Of a DNA stretch of 64,000 nucleotides, positions 12,446 through 25,836 are shown piece by piece. The DNA is from Octopus vulgaris (lineage: Eukaryota). The stretch spans positions 16,616,001 through 16,680,000 of the forward strand of contig OX597826.1 of the NCBI GenBank assembly GCA_951406725.2, in the 5' to 3' direction. Numbering within the stretch: the first letter of the stretch is position 1; every line of letters starts with the position of its first letter. The notes under the pieces are model-generated. The model saw nothing but the letters and a program-made list of their open reading frames with translations. It was not told where the DNA came from and made no database searches. The translations under genes and the position numbers were made by a program.

Positions 12446-14176
12446 AAGAACGCGCAGCCATATATTATACAGAAAGTTGTAGGAGCTATTAAGAAGAGAT
12501 ATCGTTCGATTACGTGTTGGTGAACGAATATACAATAATTTCGCAACTACATTAAAACATCATAACACCTACGCTTCTCCATTTTGATTACTTGCCTTCC
12601 CAGTTGTGGGTGTTCTTCTGTATGCAAGGAAATATTGAAGCACAAGAGTTATCAGGGTAAAAATTTTATTAAATTACATAAATTAAATGATGTAAACTTC
12701 ATCTTATCATTATCATATGTATGTGTGAGTGTATGTGTGCGTGTGTGTGTCTGTGTGTGTGTGTGTGCAAACTTGTGTGTACGCACGCTCACGCACAAAC
12801 TAGTATAAATATATAGATTTTTATTTTTGTGAATATGTAGCTTGGGAAGACATTTCTACGTGCCCAATGTTATGCAAGCTGTACCAAGAACAATGTCACA
12901 CACACTGAGCAAAATTCAATTTGAACGTCGAATTGTACATACTAATCAGCTATAGATATGTCACCTCTACAAATAACTATATTCTAATCTTTTTTCTGTT
13001 GTGAATTACCCTCATTAATGTTTCCCTCTCGTGGACTGTTTAAATTATAAAGCAATAACGTCACGTTGGCATTCTTAGATTAAAGTATAATTTTTACATT
13101 GTAAGCCCATATGAAATTCAGAGTTGTGCAAATTGATAGGCATGGTATAAAACTGATAATATGTTGTGTTACAGTATACATAAATATTGTTTCAGATGTC
13201 TTTGGGAAAAGGCAAGCTAAGTAATAAAAATTATCCGTCACCCCAAGGCTTGAATTGTTTGTAATTAAATTTCTTGAAATTTTAACATACTATATGCAGT
13301 TTTTCATCATGACCGGTATAGTTTAGATTTATAGAAGGCAATAACCGTAAGAATTTTATAGGAAATATCATAGCGTATATAATACCTGTAATGTGATCGC
13401 ACGATTTTCAACTTTCTTCTATTTCATCATCTGACACGCCTGGCACTAACGCTAAATAGATTTAACAATAAAATATATAAATGGAAAGCAAACGCGTATA
13501 TTTGATAATGAAACGAATGTTTTCCGATAACGTTTCCTGAAATCATATTGAGGGTAATATTATAGAATTTAGTAGTTCACACTGTAATCTATCATTTTTG
13601 AAATTATCGCAATGTTTGCTTCATCGTAATAGAGAAAGTAAAGAATGAAACACATAAAAATAAATTCAAAAAATTAACAGCTAAACGGTCATACATAATT
13701 TACATTTATATAATGAGATAGACATGTATTTAGGTGTGCATTTGGCAAATGCCTATCTAAATAGAGGACATACTTATGTATCTGTTGCTTATTAATTTCA
13801 TTTTATTTTTGTATCACGGAAAATTGTAATGACATCCCGGATTCAGAAATATGTATCTCTACAGCTATTGAAATTTTGAAGTATTATTTACTTTAATTGA
13901 TTCCCAGTTAATTCATTAAAGTCGAAGAATAAAATAAATATCAAATAATATTAATGGAATAACCAACTGCGAGAAACGCAGTACATGTGTTTTAATAACA
14001 TCAATTTTTATGTTATACGGAGGAAAATAAACATTTATCAGCATGAAAAACTATGGGCATAAAAATTAATTACAACATTAGGAAGTTATATAAAGATACC
14101 CACACACTCCTTATTCTATATTATTTGGTTTTCATTAAATTCTAAATGTTTGGAAAACATGAGAAAAACATAACCA

Positions 14177-15515
14177 GGCGCAGGAGTTGCTGTGTGGTAA
14201 GAAGCTCGCTTCCGGTTTTTGGTTGTTCGGTTGCATTGTTGGATTTGTGTGAGATAGAAGTGTTTTTTGGCTGTGCGGCTTTTTTGGCTGTGCGACGTTT
14301 TCCCTCTTGTTGTGAAGGTTTGAGTTGTTCTGCTTCGAGCATTGAAAGCTGCCCTTCCTCGGACTATATGTCGTCAGAGGTGGAGTGCCTGGAGAAGATA
14401 GACAAGGCTTTGGACGAAAGAAGCTATGGTGCAGTGACGGAGAAGAGATGCAAAGAAATAAGGTTGGAGAATGTATACAAGTATAAGTGAATGCTGAAAA
14501 AGGGGGAGAACGAAGAAATCTTAAAGATAACAGCGGAAAGATCGATAGTTTATAGGACGTACTCGATGGCAACTGGAAAAATTGAAAACATGTCTACCGT
14601 ACAGATAGAAAAAGGCGTTAAGGCCGGTCTGTCAAGGGATCTCGTATCTTGCCAAGAATAAGATTGGAAAGATTGAGTAGGTGCAGTTCGAAAAGGTGAC
14701 CACCGACAGGCTGCACCCAGTAACATGCTGAAAACAAATGAGGTAGTTCTTCTACCCATATACCTTGGGAGATATACTTCCAGAGTTAGGGTGGAAGAAA
14801 TACTCCCAGGGGGTGCACGCTATATTACTTGGAATGGAGAAGGTGGTGTTCCTATAGGCAACCGGAACACTTCATAGGAACTGGGAGCGAAAAACCCTTA
14901 ACATGTTGGTGCAAATCGCGAACTTGGCGATTGGATGCCTTTCCTTCAGTCACACATTGCATAATTTACAATGATCATCAAGTTTAACTGAAATTTTAAG
15001 AAAATGATATAATTTTTAACAGCATGACATTTATATTTTATAATTCGAAACATTCTCATTCGTAATAAGCAACTTCTTCACCCTCTATGTTTGTCTCTCC
15101 TTATTTGTCCCATCTATGTACGGCTTCCTGAGCCAATTTATAAAATAAAGAAGCTTGCTTCATAATCACATGGTTCCGGATTCAGCCACATTGCGTAGCA
15201 CCTTGAGCAAGTGTCTTCAATTATAGCTTCAGGCTGACCAAATCTTCTTAGTGAATTTTGGAGATGGAAACTGCAAGAAGCCCGTCGTATACATATGTAT
15301 ATATGCGTGTGTGTGTATGTATTTGTGTATCTGTGTTGTCCCCACCAAACCATCACTTGATGTTAATGTGTTTACGTCCCTGTAACTTAGTGGTTCGGCA
15401 AAGAGTAAGTACAAGGCTTACAAAGATTAAATCTTGGGGTGGATTTGTTCGACTAAAAAAGGCATTGCACCAGCATAGCCTCAGTCAAATGACTGAAACA
15501 TGGAAAAGAATAACG
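14177..15515 (+). mobile_element. SINE family A split by the copy-3 insertion (head 14177-14212, remainder 15148-15515)
   Basis: The head ggcgcaggagttgctgtgtggtaagaagc resumes at 15148 with ttgctt..cacatggttccgg and continues to the caaatgactgaaaca tail. Confidence 0.88.
14213..15147 (+). mobile_element. ORF1-only L1/Tx1-like retroelement, copy 3 (internally shortened), inserted into a SINE
   Basis: VVLLPIYLGRYTSRVRVEEILPG homologous to copies 1 and 2. Bounded by a 14-bp TSD: aagaagctcgcttc (14199-14212) and aagaagcttgcttc (15148-15161). Confidence 0.8.
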
Positions 15516-15963
15516 GAAAAGAAAATGCATATCATTAGCGAAGCGTTTTCCAGTGGTTCTAATATTGTAATATGACCTGCATTAATAAGTCTAAGCATTG
15601 CGTTCTCCACTCATTGAATGCTATTAACAATCTTTACCTTTATCACGTAAAATGTTTGAAAATATTACCATATAATTTCATATTCAATTGCTTTATTAAC
15701 GTTAATGTTTTACATCTTCATTATAACCGTTATGGTTTTTATAATGCGCACATGCGCTTATAAGCACACGCACACACTCACGCACACAAATACAAATGCA
15801 CACACTGATACACACATACAAAGATATGTGAGAGGTTGCACAACCATACACATATTGGCGTTGGTGGGAACATGGCCAATTCAATGCCAATAAAGAATTC
15901 AAAGTGCTAGGCATCAGCGAAAATAAACAGAGGGAAAGGAAGATAACAAGTTTGAAAGGCAGA

Positions 15964-15988
15964 AGGGTTAGGGTTAGGGTTAGGGTTA
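15964..15988 (+). repeat. Short interstitial (TTAGGG)n tract
   Basis: agggttagggttagggttagggtta. Confidence 0.7.
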
Positions 15989-16969
15989 CCACATTGCTAT
16001 TGGTGATGGTGGGTGATAGAATGGATGTTATTGGTATTAAATCTAACGGCGGTGGAGCTAGCTGTAAAGCCTGAGGTGGTTGTGGGTTTGGCGGATATTG
16101 TAGTGGCGTGGGCGTATTGGAAATGATTGTGATGAAAATAAACACAATGATGATTGTAATGCTAGTATCAGTGTTTATAATGAGTGACTCTGGCGATGAT
16201 TAGCGGGTAGAAATTGTGATGGCGATGATCATGATGGTGTTAGATGATGTTGATGGTCATGGGCGTTGAGGAGGTTGGGGTCGTGTTAGCCATAATTACA
16301 TTGAAATTAACGACGACATCGACAATGTGGGGGAGGATGATGATGAAAGTAACCATGAAGAAGATGCTGATGATGGTGATTTTACGATAGAGGTAACGCT
16401 GGTTCTGGCGGATGTATCGGCAGCTAGGTGTTTATTTAAGTTTCAAGTGTGGAAATGGTGATACTTGTGATGTATATAGGATGGTTGACAACGGGGAAGG
16501 ATGAATTAAATATTGTGGTTGTCTGTAATACTAAAAGCAGGATTGCAGCACCACAAAAAAAAAACACAATTAAATTGTTTATATGGAAGTGCAATCAAAA
16601 CATTCGTACAATGCTCATCGTCCTCACTCATCAGTCAGGATATTGCGAGAAGGAAACACTTACTATTCCACCGTCATTTTCCTTTCCGATGGAAACATGA
16701 AAAAGTTCATGAGGGCTTCGTCAGAGCAGAGGATGTCTGTATTTAGCTATTCCTTACACAACCTCTTCCGCCAAATCCACCAAACAGATAAAAGCGGACT
16801 GCTCGTACCGATCAAAAGTAGGCAGAGGAATGGTATAAGTAATGCTCAGTCATGAGATGAATGCGTGCACAACGGGTTCATCATTGCACGCACAGTGCGC
16901 AGGACCTGCTCACCGATAGCTCTGCTTGGATAGAGATTTCCGGAACTTACCCAGATCCCGGAACGAAAG

Positions 16970-18245
16970 TACTCTAGATATGAACAACCAGTTGATTATC
17001 ATGAACGTTCAGAGTTTCTCTGAGAATACGGTTGTCTTTTCCCGACACTAGCTAGCTACAGGACCTCAATGTGGAATTTTCACAGACCCCAATGTGGACT
17101 TTTCACAAACCCCAATGCCTGACTGGACGAAGGCTGGGCGTGCTTCATGGCATTTCACATGCCAAGCACCAAATCTCGGCTTCCGATTGACTTAGCACCG
17201 CAACTACGTCAAAGAAACATGAAATTGATAAAGTTACCACACATATTCACTGTTAAAAGGTATCGCTTGATGATAATACCTCGGCGCGGCACTAACCATT
17301 GTATGCCCAGCATCAAAGTAGCGGTTGTTTGCTGCAGAGGAATAGTCTGATTAATAGAACGTATCCATCTTACAAAAGCCGAAATATCAGGCACTCCAAT
17401 CGGAGCAGTGGTAACTTGAGACAAGGCTAGGCAGTCAGGCAATATATGAGTTCATTACTTCTTGACATATAAGGAATGGTTCCATCACAATTGCTTTCGG
17501 GGAGAACGGCCAACCTTCTCGTCACATGGTTTCAGATTTTGTTCACTTAAAGACTTTGAACATACCAAATCTTAAGGAATTTAACTGGTGTGTCTGTCTA
17601 GCGCCCTAAAATATCACTGGACAGCATGGGTCTACTTCTCCAGATGCCCACATGCAAGCAAATCGACTTTACCTGATAAATATTGGCTCTTGTCACTCGT
17701 GTCATTGCCTCGTTGCAGCTTAGAACCTTGCTTATCACCTTAATGCCTACCCGAAAGAACATAAAGAATCTACCACGCGACCCTGATCGAGTTGGAGAGG
17801 TGTACACACCATAGTAGTCAATATAGTGTATACCGTTGTACGTCGAGTTGGTACAGTTTCCGATAAAAAGACAGGAACTGGCTGTAAAAAATGTGACTTC
17901 GAAGTATAGATGGTTTAATCTATCAATGTCGTTCTATTGACCCAGATAGGAAAACACTTAAAAAGTCGGCAAGGAAATTTTCTGTGTAAGTAATTTACTT
18001 ACCTACGCTTTCTCCAATTCAGCGTAGGAAAACGAGATCTTCTCAACATCTCTCACCTAATTAGCTACACAGCACGGTGGAAACGCTCGTAGGAAGCCAG
18101 TCAAAGACTCTATATGCCCGGAAATAATGAAAGTGTAAAAAAGAAGCAAACAACGTAGAATACTTCATATCCTGCTGAAATTGTTCAAGCACGCCCTGAT
18201 GTGTTATGTTATGCCAAGGACTTGTTATATTTCCCGGTCTACTGT
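16970..18245 (+). mobile_element. Highly decayed CR1/L2-superfamily LINE ORF2 remnant (APE+RT)
   Basis: Motif relics in the expected order: IIMNVQSF (APE start), DLN, EWFHHNC, PDRV, and CYAKDLLYF (degenerate YADD) near 18210. Confidence 0.5.
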
Positions 18246-20043
18246 TAAATTTATTTTTTATCAATTTGTATTTACAAGAGGCTAGTTTCATATACAAATA
18301 CAAATTTTAAAACTAGTAACCGATCAATATTTATGCAGTAAGTATATACTTACATATGCATGTGTGGGTGCTTGCATGTAAGTATGTAGGTATGTGTATC
18401 ATATATCTTTATATACATGTACACATATATACACACAAATACACACACATACACTCGTTTATATATATATAAATTTTGAAGTAATAGACAAAATTATTTC
18501 AAGTACACAGACTAAATTAAGATGTGGGATATACAGTACACACCTTCCTCTACACCGCTTGCTTGCATACATCGCTATTAGATATTTTCAAATGTAAGTA
18601 AAATTATAACTGGTTTTAAGTTCCAGTTACTATGCAAGAAAGATGGTCATATTTTCCCCAAAAGCAATTTTCAACAAATTTCTTTGCTATTAATTGAAAA
18701 TTGCTTATAATAACGCCGCGGGAAATATATCAAACACTTAATTGCATTTCAGTCCATTAACCAACATATAGCTTGAAATGCAGTGTTTAAAATGGAAATT
18801 TAAAATGTTTACTGGAGAATTCCCCGTGTGTACCGTACCTTAAAACACTATCTACAACTCTAATTTCTAAAACTACATTCTTCTGATTTAAAATTCGATA
18901 ATCTAAATGACCTGTGAAATTATTCAGCAATTGTATGCAACTTTTCGAATATTCGAAGTTTTGTATTTTGCTAAAAGAAGTTCCCACATTAAACATTACC
19001 GCAGTTTAAACGGATTATTAAAGCAGCGCTTGATCTTGTAGATTCTTAATAAGTCGCAATGTTCGGAAGTTCATTGGTGTATCCTTGGTGTTTCATGTTT
19101 GGGTGTAATGTATCCTGCCTCAGTTTCACTATGTTTGACCATTTTTTGTTTATGTTCAGAGATACTTATCCATTATATCTGGTGGATTTGACTTGAAATT
19201 TCTACCTTTTACCTTTATCAATGTAAATTATATCTCCTACATGAATTCCATGTTAACTGTACAAATAAAACTGTACAGAACTTTAGGAGCATGTTATGCG
19301 CATACATTTTCTTTTATGAGGTGTCACATTAGCATTCCTTTTAAGGCAAAAATCCTCTGTGGATGTTAATTGTATTTATAGTTGTTCTCTTTTTTCCAAC
19401 TCAAGTGATTGATAGAGACGAGTGTATTTTTTCTTAATTTGCTCTTAACTTAATGCTAATCGTTTTAACTCGTATTTAGTGTTTGTTTTCAGTTGCCAGC
19501 CGTACTTTTCTTTACAATTTTTATTATATTATAACCTTTTATTTTGTATAAATTGCTCCATAGTGTCTTAGAAATGAGCCACAAATTTGCGTGTGATGTG
19601 AGATATAAATCAAAGAAATATTTTATTACGATTTATCGTTAATGTATTGAGTTTATTTACTTTTACTCCCATGAATATTGTACATCATATGTTGGTCATC
19701 AATAATTTCAAATGAAAATTATTGTCTGTGGACATGAAACTTCTACGATTTGTTATTTATTTGAAAAGTCTGTATAAATCTATAAACAAATACCTCATGC
19801 TAATCATTCTGATAAGATGGTCACTCCTAGCTACTCTGCCTAAATAAGAAACTTGCCGTTATACTCTTTAACAGCAGGTACAATTTCAATGCTTTTATTA
19901 TAGGAATTGATCATTAGCATTTTACAGAAAGCTGCGTCGTAGCCAACATATTCAATGTACTATTTCAACAAGTTGAAGAACATGCCTTACATTTAATACA
20001 TTTCTTTAGCTTTACATCATCTTGTCATTATTTACTGACGTTC

Positions 20044-20240
20044 AGGTGGTGAGGTGACAGAATCATTAGCACACCACGCAAAATGCTTAGCGACATTTTG
20101 TCTGTATTCACTTTCTCAGTTCAAATTCCTCCGAAGTTGACTTTGCTTTTCATCCTTTCGGAGTTTGTAAAATAAATGCGAGTTGAACACTGGAGTCGAT
20201 GTCATCAACTTGCTGGCCTTGTGCCAACATTTTAAACCAT
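20044..20240 (+). mobile_element. SINE family B
   Basis: aggtggtgaggtgacagaatcattagcac..aaatgcttagcg..gttcaaattcc..gactttgcttttcatcctttcgg. Confidence 0.85.
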
Positions 20241-20889
20241 TATTTACTATACGTCACAAAAGAAATTGGTACAATAATGCAATAAAATTTAATGTTTCAA
20301 AAACCCATTACTTGTATACACAATGAATAGCAGATAAAATATATTTTGATATCAGTAAGACATTTAACAATTTAAGTCCCTACATTTGAATACACTTTCA
20401 CCCTTACAGAAACATTTTTTAACCAAATATTCTTTTCCATCCACTCCATGTAATTTGGAATTACGAGTAGTGATTGAATATGTTCGAATGAACTAGTCTT
20501 ATTATTCACGTTTAGGTATTATTAAATTACTTTGATAGACCATTATTTTCACTTCAGTTTATATTACTCATATTTTCTGGAATGAAGATGTAACGCATAT
20601 CCCACTGACTGCGTATACTGTCAGCAGAAATGCCTAATTTTAGAAGATTGTCAAACAGGAATAACGTTGCTTAGTACATAAACTCATATTATCTGAATGG
20701 AAAATTAACGCATTGAGCTCCATATATTATAGCCCATCTAAATTTGTAAGTCAGTACTTAATTAACTTAAATTACATGAAAGACACAGAGATGCAAACAC
20801 GCGTATTTAATCAATTTCGCCCAAAAAGGTTTCTAAATTCAACAGCAATTTAAGTTACATTCTTTTATTTTTTTTAAATGTTTTAGCCA

Positions 20890-21079
20890 TATTAACTGGA
20901 ACCATGCTGCAGCACCGCCTTTAGTCAAACAAATCGATCGCCGGACTTATTTTTTGTAAGCCTAGTACATATTCTATCGGTCTGTTTTGCCGAACAGCTA
21001 AGTTACGGGGATGTAAACAAACCAGCATCGGTTGTCAAGCGTGGTGGTGAGACAAAGACAGATACACAAATGCATACAA

Positions 21080-21146
<67 letters not shown>

Positions 21147-21306
21147 AAAGGCTTCTTCCAGTTACCGTCCACCAAATCCACTCAAGGCTTTGGTCGGCCC
21201 GAAGCTATAGTAGAAGATACTTGTCCCAAGTGACACGCAGTGGGACTGAACTCGGAACCATGTAGTTGTGAAGCAAGCTTCTTACCACACAGACAATCCC
21301 TCGCCT
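20890..21306 (-). mobile_element. SINE family A with an internal (TA)n expansion
   Basis: Reverse complement of the 41271-41649 copy over nearly its full length. Confidence 0.9.
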
Positions 21307-22862
21307 AATTTTTATACAAACAACATTTTAATTTACTATTCTGAAACTTATTGTTTTGGATTCTCCATACTTTGCTGAAGAGCACTAGTGGTTTTGACCT
21401 GAGGTTAGTAATTTCGAAAACATATTCAACATAACATTATATTGTATATAAGTAGCTCAATAGTAGATAATAACTGGACATTTGACAGACATTTTAAAGT
21501 CTATAGAAAGCAATGCACTGCTACTCAAAAGTAGTACACGAAGTCACTGTTAAGAAGAACTACACATGATTTTTGGTTTAAAATAATAATTCTGCCTAGG
21601 AATGGTAATTATTACAAATAAATATTTTACAAGGTTTAGAATGCTATATTCTACAATAATGCAACGTATGTGTACTTTTAAAAATTCGGAAATTCATTAA
21701 AATATTAAAAATTATATGAAATCGAGAATCTGAAATGACAGACCCATCAACCGCGTCATTCCAATATGACGGTATTTGGTCTAATTTAAAATACCATGCT
21801 GACAACCCTAAATTTTCTTTAAAATTTGCATATTTTATAACTATACAATTTTTAATTTCTTGTCATTTATTGTTCCGGATTTTATGCCTGCTTCCGATTT
21901 TCTAGTATATGCAAACTGTGTTTATATCCATAGAGAGCACGTTGTTTTTATAGTGAATATTCAGTTTTAATGTGATAATTTATTACATCTTAGCATTCAT
22001 TTTTCTATTTTTTCAAAAGCAAGTTAGTAATCGATAATATAATTGACGTAAATTTCAAATGCTAAATATTTAATAACTTGAGATATTCAAAAGTGCTGAC
22101 ATTAATTTTCCCAATGTTTCCACATCACCTCATTGCGTATCGATGCAAATTCTTTCAAACCTATGTATATCTATGCGTATCTCGTTCGTGTCTTTTTACG
22201 CATAGCCATTGGCGCGCGCATTCGTGTCTATATATGCATTTAAATTCGCAGCAGGGCTTCTCATGTTACTCTTTCTGCGTATTGCTTTTATGACGTTCCA
22301 TCACCCCTCGAGTATTTCTATTCATTTTCTTTATTGTTGGGACAATATTTCATTAACAAGAACGGTTCAGACATTAGGTTCTTCCTCACCTCATTTATTT
22401 TTAGTTGTATTACGCTCTTACCTGAAGACATATCGTATTTACAGTTATTCTTTAGCTCTCCATTCTCTTTTTGCATTAAATTTGCTTTCAGATATGTGGG
22501 CTTACGCTTCGTTATCTGAGTCTATCAACTTGACATATTACACTGTCTTCTTTCCTTCTTCTATGTATTTCATTGTCAGCTCTTATTTCCACTGACACTT
22601 TTTATATACTGTCTATCATACTCACATGGTTTTGCGAGCTATTCCTTATCAGTTACTTTTAGTTTCATCCCATTATATTGAACTGTGTCATTTCCCTTTA
22701 TTTCATCTTTTCTTAATTTCATTTTTTGTATACTAGCATTTCAACATTTCACTATATTTTGCATCTCATGGTTTTTCGTCAAGATATATTTTCGCTCTTT
22801 TTTCGCCACTATTAAGTAAATTTTCTCTATCAAAGATATGTATCGTCAATCTGTAAACAAAT

Positions 22863-23180
22863 TGTAGCTGAATGGTTCAGACGTTCTCTCTTAGCAACCA
22901 CAAAATCTGGGTTCAAACCCGCAAGTGTTCTTAGGTAAATGATGTTTCTATAACCACGGATCAAACTATACATTTTTAATGAAGCTGGGCAGACGGAAAC
23001 TGTACAGAAGCCTTTCAGACATATTGCAGCTGTAATTCAAAAGTCTCTGTCATGTCGCACACGGTGTCACGTTACATCTGCCAGACAATTACGTTATGGA
23101 CATATTTGCATGTTTTATACTAACTAGCATACACTTAATTCAGGAGCAGGATATTGAATTGATCAAACAACTGAATAATC
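22863..23180 (+). mobile_element. Old SINE with a family-A-like head/core and a family-C-like 3' part
   Basis: A/B boxes and cagacggaaactg..agaagcc (family A), then gctgtaattcaaaag..cacacggtgtcacgtt..acgtta (family C body). Confidence 0.6.
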
Positions 23181-24065
23181 GCTGATCAACTGAATTCCTT
23201 CACCACATCGATCTTTCTCGCTCACACATATACTCTCCACTTCTGTACTCATCATTTGAACTCCCGTCCCAAAATTTCACTTTCTTCTCAGTGTCGTGTA
23301 TAATCACACATATTCACAGACACGTGCTGTTCCTTCCTTTTCTATCTCTCTTCATCTCCTCCTCCTCTCTCAGCTTCTCTCTTTCTCTCTCTTTAAATTA
23401 TATACTTTCAACAACGACCAGCCCCAGTTAAGCCTTGTATAATGTCAGCTGCTGTTTAAGACTGGAATAACTTTTATCCCCGAAGTTTTAGTCTTAGTTA
23501 TGCTGTCGTAGTCATGCTAAGGAGGTACTTTACCCCAAAGAAATTTGTCTGTTGCAGTACGGCCCAGTAACTGAGCGACTGTGAGAGAATTAGCAGAGTG
23601 CCGACCACGAATGGATAGTGTGCAGTGTGGTGGTTTTGCGTTTTTTGCTGTTAATAGATATCCAGTTCTCTGTCGAATTGCTTCACAGTCTCGAGCGAGC
23701 TCCATCAGAGCCTGTCTCAAAAACTTAATAGGAAACTACCAAAAGAAGAGTTGAAAGAAGAGGGAAGATCGTAGAGTGGACGTTTGGAAAGAACATTTGC
23801 AAGGTATTCGGGTCAAAAGCTTTGTTAACGTTTATTGCTAAGATATTACGTTAAAGGAACGTCTATATGGTGAGAAATTATCATTGAGTGAGATGGGGGA
23901 AAGAAAAAATAACAGGCTGTAATAACTGGACCCTCAGAAATATACTAAGAAGTCTTTGACATTTCGTGGCAACGTTCTTCTATAGAGAAGAAAAAGGAGG
24001 AAAAACAAAACAGATGGAGAGGGAAAAATGGAGTAAAAATGTGCCTGAATTCACAATTACATATG

Positions 24066-24100
<35 letters not shown>

Positions 24101-24133
24101 AACACAAATACACACACACACACACACACATAC

Positions 24134-24206
<73 letters not shown>

Positions 24207-24228
24207 TGGATGACGTACAGGTATTTTA

Positions 24229-24492
24229 TATTAGAAGAAATGAGGTTTTATATTTACAGATATTTATTTATTTGTATATTACATGTTTTATACATCATAT
24301 ATCATGTTTCATATACCATATATCAGCGCTTTTGTCCATTCTAGTGGAGTTGTCAAATTGAACTCCACTAGAATGGACGAAAGCGCTATTTATGATATAT
24401 GGCATATGATATATGATGTACAAAAACATGTAATATACAAATAAATAAATATCTGTAAATAGAAAAGCATCCGAATTTCTGAGTAACTCATT

Positions 24493-24502
<10 letters not shown>
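24229..24502. repeat. ~270-bp fold-back inverted repeat embedded in (TA)n
   Basis: Arms such as tatttacagatatttatttatttgtatattacatgtttt and gtccattctagtggagtt are mirrored as reverse complements. The loop is near 24352-24360. Confidence 0.92.
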
Positions 24503-24558
<56 letters not shown>

Positions 24559-24559
24559 C

Positions 24560-24832
24560 AACAGGTCCAGTTTGCTACATAAGATAATCAATGTTGAAGA
24601 GGAACAACACAAGTTGAAAAGATAGACGGAACTATAACAAAAGGGAAACTGGAAAAAAAAACATGATACAAAAAATATTGGCAGGTAATTTCCTCTTCAC
24701 CCAATGACCTAGACGTCGTAGCCGTTTCACACATTTATCATTAAGATTACTCGAACCCGACTTGCACCAGAACATTAAGCTTCTGGAAAAAGCTAACGCA
24801 TGAATAAAGGACAAATACAAGAAAGCTAAGAT
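24560..24832 (+). repeat. Local repeat family E, copy 1 (ends aagaaagctaa+(TAA)n)
   Basis: Homologous to 25836-26080 (-) and 27150-27372 (+). Confidence 0.75.
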
Positions 24833-25138
24833 AATAATGATAATAATAATAATAAGGATAATAATAATAATAGCAATAATACTAAATGTAGCAGTAAGAG
24901 AATGATAGAATTATAACAGAAAAAACGCCTTTCGATTATAAAAGAAGAGGAGAATAAATATACATACACAACGAAAACAATAGGAACAGAATTTAGGCCA
25001 TGAAACGAGCGTAATGAGTTAGAGAAAAGGACAAATAGAAAGTCTTAGCGGACGGAAGGAAGCGTTGCAGTTCTGTTTTGGCCTAACTGTGCCCAGAATA
25101 GATACGATTGCTGTAGCACTTATTATTATTATTATTAC

Positions 25139-25659
25139 TGAGTGAGAGAGCAGTGCATGCCATCAAAGTGACACTGGGGTAAAATATACGAAGCCCAGTA
25201 TACACATCGTGGCTACCCGTCTGAGAAGGGTACACTAGGCACATGCATCACAACCATATGTGCGCGACATGGTGATCTCATATCAAGATAAAAAGCACAT
25301 GACCTTGCAGGTGGGGTCCAGTTGGAATTTCCTTCTGGTCGAGTAACCCATCCCACTCTAAAGGTCCCTGAATAAGGATTGTTTAAGGATGTTGAATGAA
25401 ACACCCATGTTTCCAGACGTGAATTATTCAAACCCTAAAGAATCCCTCTCAACACATGGCTATGATGCTCCCCCAATACTTCTGCTCATATCGTCAGCCA
25501 CTAAGGGACATGCTCAACTGGTTAAGGTCAAACAACTGACAAGCAAATCTTTGCTGTAGCCCATCTTTTATACCAAGACAAAACAATGTGGATGATAACA
25601 CTTCAAAACAGTTAAAATCAGAAGCCATAAGAGTAACTGTCTGGTACTGCATCAGGGCA
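25139..25659 (-). mobile_element. Non-coding (TAA)n-associated interspersed element D, copy 1
   Basis: Reverse-complement homolog of 54148-54715, flanked on both sides by (TTA)n. Confidence 0.88.

Positions 25660-25835
<176 letters not shown>

Positions 25836-25836
<1 letters not shown>

Noticed and set aside
16560-16720. Possible piggyBac cysteine-rich C-terminus on the minus strand
   Set aside because: Cys/His spacing is not consistent in one frame, and no TTAA/TIR or DDD domain was found.
18787-19560. Possible decayed coding remnant (GIY-YIG-like) on the minus strand
   Set aside because: Motifs are too degraded to assign without a profile search.
25640-25659. Resemblance of the element D end (ctggtactgca) to the U2 snRNA 3' region
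   Set aside because: Only about 10 nt match; no Sm site or U2 5' stem.
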